From: an uncultured archaeon
GTDB taxonomy: Archaea; Thermoplasmatota; Penumbrarchaeia; JASLWR01
Length of the DNA: 43,910 nucleotides
Assembly (NCBI GenBank): GCA_964342815.1
Contig: CAYFHS010000037.1
Span: 1-43,910 of the forward strand
Direction: 5' to 3'
Every line of letters begins with the position of its first letter. Position 1 is the first letter of the stretch. The notes beneath the pieces were generated by a model that was given only the letters and a program-made list of their open reading frames with translations, was not told where the DNA came from and searched no databases. Positions 9,731 to 18,008 of the stretch are shown piece after piece. Position numbers and translations under genes: made by a program.

Positions 9731-12556
9731 ATGATGATGAGAAAAAGATTTCCGTTCATCGTTTTAATGCTATTGGCGGCTTCCACTGCGCAGTTCGATA
9801 TATCTGAAATGGGATTCCATGGAGAAGTGAATGCCTCTGCAGCTTTCTCTCCAACTCAAACTCCGGTTTACGCTAATCAACAATTTGGGAGGAATGAGAC
9901 CGAAACACTGGTTACATTCAATGACGGAAGCTCGATAAAAGATGTTTGGTTCTTGGAGGCTGCTACGAACTCATCTGCTGCAATAACTTTGCCGCCTCGT
10001 ATAAATATCATTTCCGCTAGCATGGTCATTGAAGGCCGCGGATTGACCGGAAGTACTACCAAAACATTCTCTTTTCTGGACGTTATAAATAATAAAGCAT
10101 GGTGGGGTGGTTTTAGCGGGAACGATCCGACATTAGCGCCCGACCAATACAAGGGTACTCCATTCGGCCCCGCATCTTACGTGGATGTTTCTGCTTCCGA
10201 TGATCTGAGGTACACCACTTTCATACTTAATGGTCAAAAACCCTATCATCTTTTCGAATTCACCATCAACTCATCTACTATCGAGGAGTTGGAGGTGCTT
10301 TACGAAGGAAAAGGGTATTTTACCGGCGGAATGGCATTTGCGAGACATCACGCCTATTTTTACATATATAATCACAGCTCGAACGGCTGGGAGCTTGTTG
10401 GGCACGAATCAGCGGAAGTGATGCAGAAAACAGATTTTACAATTGATGAACGTTATTCGAATTCTCCAAATGATTATATAGATAATTCCAATCATATGTA
10501 CCTGATAGGTGCGGGACCTGTATCTCCGGAGAACCCAAATGATTCTATCTCGACTGACTATGTGAAAGCGGACGTGACCGGGATTATGAACATTTACTGT
10601 CAAAATCCCTCTCTGAACATTGAAGATATAGGAGATAACGAGTGGGAATATGACGGGGATTATAGTGAAGAATCGATAATCGACGATAAAATTAATTTCA
10701 GATCCACCCTGCAAAGTATAATCGATGCGAACGAAGACGAGTCGGAAATCAACATAACGCTGTCACTTTCCTCAAATTCCATGGGAATACTTCGCCTGAA
10801 AAATCTCAGCATAAATTATGAGATCATCCCCCAGCTTAGTCCACCGGAGCTGATCGAGACCATCCCCACTGACCACTTTTCCTTTGGGGAAGATTCAGAT
10901 GATGGGGTCGGTCTTATAGATCTCCACGAATTCTTCGATGATGATAAGGGAGTAACAAATATTACCTTTTCAATGCTTGTAAACCATAGTGATGTTTCAG
11001 CTTTTGTGAATTCTTCAAGCCATTCATTGGACTTTTTTTCAAAAAAGAACTTTTTCGGCTCAAAAAATTTCCAGATTCGGGCTACGGATCAAGACGGATT
11101 GAGCACCGATTCAAATATTTTCAATATCATTGTAACGCCAACTAACGATCCACCGTTTTTAACATCTTTCGAGACTTTGGACTTACTATCTGAAAGGGAT
11201 ACCATAGAACTACGGATCGATGAGGGTGGGATTACAAGTTTTAACTTCTCTACCTGGGACATAGACAGGGATCTACCCCAGTTCGCTTTCGGGCCAAATC
11301 TGCCAAATTCCGACATTTTCCTTCTTCAAACGTCTTCGGAGAATGCGTCCTCCGGAACTATAACTCTCAATCCCGATGACGAACATATCGGTATGATTAA
11401 TTTTACACTCGTTCTTAATGATATGAATCAAAGCGAAGGCGATTCCCTGAAAACTGTCTATAATTTCACACTTATAGTAGTCAATACAAATGATCCACCA
11501 TTGATCGAAAATATCGAGAAAAAAGAAGGTGTCCAGGACACTTGGATCAATTTCTCACTTAAAGCCGATGATATCGATTTATTGTATGATAGTAATGAAA
11601 AATTGACATATTCGACGAATTTCAGCGAAGCCAATGTGGATGATGTGAGATGGACTTTCAGCAAGGATACGGGAAATTTTTCATTCCTTCCTGATAATTC
11701 CGATGTTGGCAAATATTCCGTAAATTATTCAGTAATGGATAGCAACGGCTCATTCGATTGGACCCACGGAGTTATCGAGGTGGATAATATCAACGATCCA
11801 CCCGAGGCAAAACCCATTATGTATTCGTTAGTTGATGCTGATGATAGTACGCAAAAAGCGGAGAATCTCACGATTAATTTCACGACAAAGACCGCGGACG
11901 ATCCCGACATAATCCATGGGGACCTCCTCAGTTATTACTGGGACTTTGACGGCGACGGTATATACGATGATGAGGGTTTGAGTGTCGAATGGTCTTTTGC
12001 TAAAGCCGGGAATCATACTGTTATATTGACCGTGAGCGATTCCGGAACACCGGTTCTTTCCTCTACCGTAAACATTAGTATAGAGGTTTTTGCACCGCCT
12101 GAGCTTGATTCCGGAGATGATGATGACAACGATGATGATGACGTTACGGGTGGGTATGGGAATACTTCGGGGAAAGGAGGCGAGGGAAAGGGTGCCTGGT
12201 TGTGGATTCTGATCGGTGTAGTAACGTTGTTAATCGTTCTAGGCGTAGTTTTCCTCTTTGTCACAGTAGGTCGAAAGAAACCGGGAAAGACAACCGATTC
12301 CATTGTTCCACTTCAAGTGAGTCAACATGTACCGACAACGGAAACGGTGCGGAGAATAAATTTGTCGGGGGAGCCTATGAGTGGGGCGCAATATATTCAG
12401 TACCCCCCTCCTGAGAATTCCCTCGCAGCGCCTCAACAAATTCAGACTCCGGAGTACCAAAATAATCCAATTCCGCGAACGGATGAAAATCCGTCGTTTA
12501 TTCTCCCCTCGCTTCCTTCTCTGGACCACACATCTGATGATAATAACAATCTATAA
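9731..12556 (+). CDS. Surface protein with cadherin-like repeats, PKD domain and C-terminal TM anchor (paralog 1)
   Basis: Signal peptide after AGGTGA; NDPP/DxDxD cadherin-like motifs; YYWDFDGDG...AGNHTVILTVSD PKD motif; TM WLWILIGVVTLLIVLGVVFLFV. Start could be 9731, 9734 or 9737. Confidence 0.85.
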   Translation: MMMRKRFPFIVLMLLAASTAQFDISEMGFHGEVNASAAFSPTQTPVYANQQFGRNETETLVTFNDGSSIKDVWFLEAATNSSAAITLPPRINIISASMVIEGRGLTGSTTKTFSFLDVINNKAWWGGFSGNDPTLAPDQYKGTPFGPASYVDVSASDDLRYTTFILNGQKPYHLFEFTINSSTIEELEVLYEGKGYFTGGMAFARHHAYFYIYNHSSNGWELVGHESAEVMQKTDFTIDERYSNSPNDYIDNSNHMYLIGAGPVSPENPNDSISTDYVKADVTGIMNIYCQNPSLNIEDIGDNEWEYDGDYSEESIIDDKINFRSTLQSIIDANEDESEINITLSLSSNSMGILRLKNLSINYEIIPQLSPPELIETIPTDHFSFGEDSDDGVGLIDLHEFFDDDKGVTNITFSMLVNHSDVSAFVNSSSHSLDFFSKKNFFGSKNFQIRATDQDGLSTDSNIFNIIVTPTNDPPFLTSFETLDLLSERDTIELRIDEGGITSFNFSTWDIDRDLPQFAFGPNLPNSDIFLLQTSSENASSGTITLNPDDEHIGMINFTLVLNDMNQSEGDSLKTVYNFTLIVVNTNDPPLIENIEKKEGVQDTWINFSLKADDIDLLYDSNEKLTYSTNFSEANVDDVRWTFSKDTGNFSFLPDNSDVGKYSVNYSVMDSNGSFDWTHGVIEVDNINDPPEAKPIMYSLVDADDSTQKAENLTINFTTKTADDPDIIHGDLLSYYWDFDGDGIYDDEGLSVEWSFAKAGNHTVILTVSDSGTPVLSSTVNISIEVFAPPELDSGDDDDNDDDDVTGGYGNTSGKGGEGKGAWLWILIGVVTLLIVLGVVFLFVTVGRKKPGKTTDSIVPLQVSQHVPTTETVRRINLSGEPMSGAQYIQYPPPENSLAAPQQIQTPEYQNNPIPRTDENPSFILPSLPSLDHTSDDNNNL

Positions 12557-12675
12557 AAAACCTATTGAAACTACCAAAAACCAAGTAAGTTCCCTGATAT
12601 TTCGATGTTCATTCCAAAATCTATATTTATATAACTAGCCAGTTAAGCGGCGATTATTGATAAGGATGTTTCACC

Positions 12676-15543
12676 ATGATAAGGAACAAGTACGGCAAGA
12701 TGCTAGTTTTATCTATTTTATCGATACTAATTCTGATAATAATGCCTCTGGGTATTAACTCAATAGATCTTAGAATCGATAACGCAGGCGGCCCCGTTAT
12801 TTCATCGGAAACAGCTTTCCTTGACAAGTCACCACTTGTCCAGTATGACACGCCTGCAGGTGTGTCTTTACCGGAGACAACTACCAGGGGAAGCATAACG
12901 ACATTTGCCGACGGTGCTTCCATAAAAAATGTTGTATTTCTAAAGAATGGCACCAATGACACTGTGCAAGTTTTACTTCCTCGTTACAGTGTAATCTCCA
13001 GTGCAAGCATGGTAATTGAGGGAATAAAATATGACAATCCCGTTGCTCAAAATTCAACTTTTTTCGATACTGTTCGAAATTCCGCCTGGTGGGGCGATAT
13101 GCCCAACCTTCCCAATCAAGCCCCGCAAAATTATCAACAGAATCAGTTCATCAACCAGGATTATATCGAAGTCAGGGCCAACGATAATCTTATGAAAAAT
13201 ACCGAGAGCAATAATAAGCGTTTTGCATATCACCATTTTTCTTTTTCAGCCGCACCCATGGAGTTCGATTCCATCGACGTGCTGTGGGAAGGGGGTGGTT
13301 TTATGAATTGGCCCCATGGGGGTCAGGGTCGCTCGGGAATGAATCTTTATATTTACAATGACCAGAATTCTGCCTGGGACCTTTTAGACAGCTATTCCGG
13401 TGGTGGATTTGTAGCCATAGAAGAAATGAAGGTAACTATTTTTCAAAATGTGGGGGATTATTTTGATGTTAACGAAAAGCTGCATCTCATTGCTACGGTA
13501 CCCTCTGCAATGAATGACAGCACAACCCAGATTTTCACTGATTTCGTACAAATTAGATTTCGAGGGAATATTTCATCCAATCCGGAGAATCCTTCTTTGA
13601 ATGTTGGCGGCCAGGGGGAGCCCGAATGGGAATATCCCGGCGAGTTTACCGATGAAGTCACAATCAATGATGCACATAATTTCAAGGAGCGTCTTCAGGG
13701 TTTTGTTGATTCTGCGGTTGGTGACGGAAACGTGTTAATCTCATTGTCTCTGTCATCGGACGCCCCGGGAATACTGCGCTTGAAGGAACTTCTCATAGAA
13801 TTTGTTATTTCTTTACCCAATGAGTCACCACTGCTAATTGGGAATATTCCAGGAGAGCAGTATTCGTTTCCTGAGGATTCGGATGAAGGGGTTGGTTTGG
13901 TTGATCTATATACTTACTTCAACGATGACAGGGGACGGGAGAATCTTACCTTCACAATGCTACAAAACCATACTGAAATAACCGCTTTTGTAAACACATC
14001 ATCTCATTCCCTCGATTTCGACTCTAGAGAGAACTATTTCGGGAAGAAAGATTTCCAGGTCAGAGCAACTGACAAGGATGGTTTGTATACTGATTCAAAT
14101 GTTTTCGACGTAATTGTAACCCCTTCCAATGACCCGCCTTTTATGATTAGTTTTGAGGATGAACCAGTCAATAATGGTGAGCTGGAAATTCAGGTTTTCG
14201 AAGGTCAGACAAACCGCTTCGATTTCTCGCTATGGGATATAGACGGGGATATCCCTGCAAGATCGCTCAATGTAGATTCCGATTATATGGATATTTTTTA
14301 CATAATCACTCCCTCCCCCGATAATTTATCCCGCCACATCCTTTCAGTTGATCCAGAAGACCGACATATCGGTAGTATAAATTTCACCCTGATCATTGAT
14401 GATCAGAATAGCAGTCATGGAAGGAACAGCCTCATAAGAGAATATAACATCTCTCTCGAGGTAAAAAATACAAACGATGCTCCTGATTTGGAGGAAATTG
14501 GAACAATTATCGGAGCACAGGATGACTGGCTGAATTTCACTCTTGTTGCTCATGACGTGGATATTACCCATGACGACATGGAAATTTTAACGTACGGTAC
14601 AAATTTCAGCGATTACGGGATAGATGAGGTACTGTGGAATCTCGATGAGAACACTGGGAATTTCTCGTTTCTGCCGGATAACTCGCTGGTGGGTGAGTAC
14701 AGGCTAAACTTAACGGTGGAAGATAGGGAAGGTGAAAAGGATTGGATAAATACGATTATCCAAATAAAGAACGTGAACGATCCGCCCGTTGCAAACCCGA
14801 TATCGTTTAGCATAGTTGACGCGGATGATAGTACGCAAATCGCAGAAAATCTCACGGTGAATTTCACAACGACACCGGCGGATGACCCTGACCTCGTTTG
14901 GGGAGACGATCTCGCGTATTACTGGGATTTCGACGGCGATGGTGTGTTCGATGACGATGGATTGAGTTTGGAGTGGACATTCGGTAAAGCCGGTAACCAC
15001 ACCGTAATCCTCACAGTTAGTGACTCCGGCAGTCCAATGCTTAGTTCCAAGGTAAATGTTACGATAGAGTTATTTGCGCCACCTGAGGCGGATTCTGAAG
15101 ATGATGATAATGACGACGAAGTCACAGGTAATGGAAGGACTCCGGCAAAGCAAAGCAAGGGAATGAGTACCTGGTTATGGATTATCATCGGTATAATAAC
15201 GTTGATTATCATCCTGGTATTGGTGTTCCTTATCGTCATTTCAAGTCGAAAAAAAACCGAAAAGAAAGGTGAAGCCGGTATTCAGGCTGTTCCAACTTCA
15301 ACGCCTGAACACACACCAGCATCGGTGCCTATACAAGCTGTACCCCTTACTCCAGCAGCTACAGCGGGCTCTCAACCTTCGCCTACGCAGATTGTTCCGG
15401 TCTCCGATCCGCCTGAAGCTTCTCAACCTACTCTTGAGCAAGCTCCGGTATGCCCCAAATGCAGTCAAAGTTCTCAATATTATTCTGAGTATGATTGTTA
15501 CTGGTGCGGGATTTGTCAAGACTACGTTTATAGAATTTCCTGA
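12676..15543 (+). CDS. Surface protein with cadherin-like repeats, PKD domain, TM anchor and C-terminal Zn ribbon (paralog 2)
   Basis: Colinear with paralog 1 throughout; ends in CPKC-x11-CYWCGIC. Confidence 0.85.
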   Translation: MIRNKYGKMLVLSILSILILIIMPLGINSIDLRIDNAGGPVISSETAFLDKSPLVQYDTPAGVSLPETTTRGSITTFADGASIKNVVFLKNGTNDTVQVLLPRYSVISSASMVIEGIKYDNPVAQNSTFFDTVRNSAWWGDMPNLPNQAPQNYQQNQFINQDYIEVRANDNLMKNTESNNKRFAYHHFSFSAAPMEFDSIDVLWEGGGFMNWPHGGQGRSGMNLYIYNDQNSAWDLLDSYSGGGFVAIEEMKVTIFQNVGDYFDVNEKLHLIATVPSAMNDSTTQIFTDFVQIRFRGNISSNPENPSLNVGGQGEPEWEYPGEFTDEVTINDAHNFKERLQGFVDSAVGDGNVLISLSLSSDAPGILRLKELLIEFVISLPNESPLLIGNIPGEQYSFPEDSDEGVGLVDLYTYFNDDRGRENLTFTMLQNHTEITAFVNTSSHSLDFDSRENYFGKKDFQVRATDKDGLYTDSNVFDVIVTPSNDPPFMISFEDEPVNNGELEIQVFEGQTNRFDFSLWDIDGDIPARSLNVDSDYMDIFYIITPSPDNLSRHILSVDPEDRHIGSINFTLIIDDQNSSHGRNSLIREYNISLEVKNTNDAPDLEEIGTIIGAQDDWLNFTLVAHDVDITHDDMEILTYGTNFSDYGIDEVLWNLDENTGNFSFLPDNSLVGEYRLNLTVEDREGEKDWINTIIQIKNVNDPPVANPISFSIVDADDSTQIAENLTVNFTTTPADDPDLVWGDDLAYYWDFDGDGVFDDDGLSLEWTFGKAGNHTVILTVSDSGSPMLSSKVNVTIELFAPPEADSEDDDNDDEVTGNGRTPAKQSKGMSTWLWIIIGIITLIIILVLVFLIVISSRKKTEKKGEAGIQAVPTSTPEHTPASVPIQAVPLTPAATAGSQPSPTQIVPVSDPPEASQPTLEQAPVCPKCSQSSQYYSEYDCYWCGICQDYVYRIS

Positions 15544-15774
15544 TAATTGATGACCGGTTGGAAGATCACCACCGATGTATAAACATAATTCATATTATTT
15601 CTATCAGAATTATTACAGTGGCTTTCTCAGCAATTCGACCTAGTTGATTCCCTTAAATCTGCGATGCAGGTAATATATCGCCACTAAACAAATATAAAAG
15701 AAATACATATAGCCTATCCTATATAAAGGAAAAAATTCCAAAACTTGACAAAAAACTTTTTAGAAGGGATAAAA

Positions 15775-16344
15775 ATGGCAGAGACTAAGGTGGTGAATAT
15801 CGTTGCTTCCGCATCCATAGGTGTTACTCTTGACCTTCATGAGATATCCGAAAGGTTCGCTGAAGCTGAGTATGACAAGAATAGATTCCCCGGGCTGATT
15901 TACCGGATGAAAAAGCCAAAAGTTGCAATCTTACTTTTCACCAGTGGTAAACTCGTGTGTACTGGAGCGAAGAGCATCGAGCAGACCAAGGAGGCCATCA
16001 ACATTATCCTTGAGCGTATTAAGGCCCTTTTCGCCGAAAAACATCCCAATGAGTTGGGCGATATCCCCAAGGACGTCCCCGTGGAGATACAGAACATAGT
16101 TGCCACCGGCGACCTGAATACAATTCTGAATCTTAACAAGGCCGCGGTCTATCTTTCTTTTGAGAAGGTCGAATACGAACCGGAGCAATTTCCGGGTCTC
16201 GTATACCGACTGGATGAACCAAAGGTCGTAGCCCTTTTATTCGGTTCGGGAAAGGTTGTGTGTACCGGTGCGAAGAATACAAAGGACATCAATATCGCAG
16301 TTGATATTATTATTGACGAACTGAAAGGGATCGGACTTATTTAA
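15775..16344 (+). CDS. tbp: TATA-box binding protein
   Basis: Two TBP repeats: NIVAS...FPGLIYRMKKPKVAILLFTSGKLVCTGAK and NIVAT...YEPEQFPGLVYRLDEPKVVALLFGSGKVVCTGAK. Confidence 0.97.
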   Translation: MAETKVVNIVASASIGVTLDLHEISERFAEAEYDKNRFPGLIYRMKKPKVAILLFTSGKLVCTGAKSIEQTKEAINIILERIKALFAEKHPNELGDIPKDVPVEIQNIVATGDLNTILNLNKAAVYLSFEKVEYEPEQFPGLVYRLDEPKVVALLFGSGKVVCTGAKNTKDINIAVDIIIDELKGIGLI

Positions 16345-16365
16345 GTTAGTGTTTTCACCGGTTCC

Positions 16366-16373
16366 TTTTTTTT
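16366..16373 (+). terminator. T8 tract, probable archaeal terminator of tbp
   Basis: Oligo-T 21 nt after the tbp stop. Confidence 0.5.
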
Positions 16374-16612
16374 GGAAATTCAAGCGGAAGCCCTAGTCGT
16401 TTTCAAGGGGTTTACTGATATTTTTTCAATCATCTTAGTGTTATTCTTCAAGAGACCAGCGGCCCCTAGGCAAACGCTGGTCTCGTTTACGATGTATAAA
16501 GTATAATTTTAACATAATTATAGGTCCGCTTGGTGCTGACCAAGGGTGTGACACCCTTTATTATTTCGAATATCGATGATTATTCTATGAACATATCAAT
16601 CGGATTTGCCAT

Positions 16613-16860
16613 CCCATACTGGTCCATTTGCTCCACAAACGGCCCTGTATCTTCCAGCCGGTTTGCTGTAAGACGCACCCACCCGAAATCCTGCGCTGGC
16701 CCGTATTGGTCCATTTGCTACGCAAACGGCCCTGTACCTCCCACAGAAATCCTTATGGATTTCGAGGGAGCAGGGCAATTCTAGATTGCCCGGAGTAACA
16801 CGGGCTTCCAGCAAGTGTGCTGTAAGACCCCTTACCCCGCCTCGCCTGCACGGATTTCGA
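16613..16860 (-). ncRNA. Putative structured non-coding RNA of unknown family
   Basis: Duplicated hairpin modules (16613-16649 / 16700-16736; 16651-16674 / 16805-16828), extra hairpins (16738-16770, 16773-16791), long-range pairing 16684-16694 with 16848-16859. G-U pairs favour the minus strand. No credible ORF. Confidence 0.45.
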
Positions 16861-17105
16861 AACGTTATAGGATTATACTCAATCATTTTTGAATCGTACC
16901 TGCGCCCATGGCATTCCGTTGCACGCTTCGCTACGATGCATTGGAAATGCGTCTGCATCCTCGGGATGCTACCCTACGGATGCATCAAGATGCAACTGCG
17001 CTCTCGGGGTGTAATCCTTCGGGCGTCTGCTTGGGCTCGCAGGCCCTCAAGAGAAGAGATTATAGATTCAATTGGGTCTAAATAATATGTTACAACACAA
17101 ATCGT

Positions 17106-17735
17106 TCATCTATCCTTCTTTTTTATACTATAGAGTAAAAGTCTCTCTTTATCGAAGTCACAGTGTGCGACTTCATCGAATTCGAACCTATCCTTGAAAG
17201 GCTCTGTCAACCTATAAGTGTCTGCCAGAGTGCTTGCGGCCAGATATATGGTGCAGTCTTTTTTCATGTACTCCAAGGATCCCTCAAGGAAACGTATCGA
17301 TGTTTCCACACCATTTTGACCGCCGATGAGGGCTTTTTCTTCCCATTTCGGAAGCTTTTCACCCATGTAGGAAGGAAGATAGGGTGGATTGAAAACTATA
17401 ATGTCGAACTTAGCCGAAATCCCCTCGAAAAGATCCCCGCAGTGAAATTGTGCGTTTACATTGTTTTTTACCGCGTTGTGTTTTGCATTTGCCACGGCTG
17501 TAGGGTTGATATCGGTCCCCTCAACCACAGCACCTTGTTTTGCGGCAAAGATGCTTATGAGCCCGGTTCCAACACCGATTTCAAGAAATCGAATATCTGG
17601 TTCTACTTGGATATTGTCGGTTACGAGAAACGTGTCCTCACGTGGTGAATAAACTTCGGCAAATACATCAATGTCGATCCCGCCTGGCATGGTGAAATGA
17701 TACGACTCAACGATTTCATTCCTCTCAATGCGCAT
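17106..17735 (-). CDS. HemK2/N6AMT1(MTQ2)-type SAM-dependent methyltransferase
   Basis: VYSPREDTFL, LEIGVGTG (motif I), TDINP, IVFNPPY, ALIGGQNG. Confidence 0.9.
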   Translation of the reverse strand: MRIERNEIVESYHFTMPGGIDIDVFAEVYSPREDTFLVTDNIQVEPDIRFLEIGVGTGLISIFAAKQGAVVEGTDINPTAVANAKHNAVKNNVNAQFHCGDLFEGISAKFDIIVFNPPYLPSYMGEKLPKWEEKALIGGQNGVETSIRFLEGSLEYMKKDCTIYLAASTLADTYRLTEPFKDRFEFDEVAHCDFDKERLLLYSIKKKDR

Positions 17736-18008
17736 ACAGACCGCTATTGGACTTATGTTTTTTTTAGTTTACCGTATTGAATGTTTGGTATCGGGAATAA
17801 TATCAATGATCGGTTTGATTATTTAATGGTATCCCGCACATCCCTGGTATGGTTTTGCTCTAATGAAAATACATGGAACGTCGCGAACTTTAAGATGATC
17901 AATTACCGGTTTTTAGGAAGGGGAATCTCAATGAAAATGAAATCCCAAAAAAGAAATAAGATGGATTAGTAATCCTGTATAGATTTCCTCTGAAAGGAGG
18001 CCAAAAAA

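Noticed and set aside
9731-15543. Diversity-generating retroelement (template/variable repeat) between the paralogs
   Set aside because: Differences are not adenine-specific, similarity is gene-wide, and no reverse transcriptase is present.
16015-16085. Slightly long inter-repeat linker in TBP (FAEKHPNELGDIPKD)
   Set aside because: This linker varies among archaeal TBPs and the DNA-binding residues look normal.
16613-16736. Two 37-nt repeats with a 50-nt spacer as a mini-CRISPR
   Set aside because: Only two copies, the spacer itself contains a module repeated at 16805-16828, and there are no cas genes in the window.
16613-16860. RNase P RNA, SRP RNA, or cobalamin/glycine riboswitch
   Set aside because: No GAGGAAAGUCC or matching P4 3' strand. 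GGGAGCAG at 16766-16773 lacks the SRP helix-8 CAGG/GGAA partner. Cobalamin and glycine consensus blocks are absent.
16530-17085. Short ORFs of 84-120 aa in the tbp-methyltransferase intergenic region
   Set aside because: Overlapping on both strands, Cys/Arg-rich non-protein-like composition, no SD; better explained by GC-rich hairpins.
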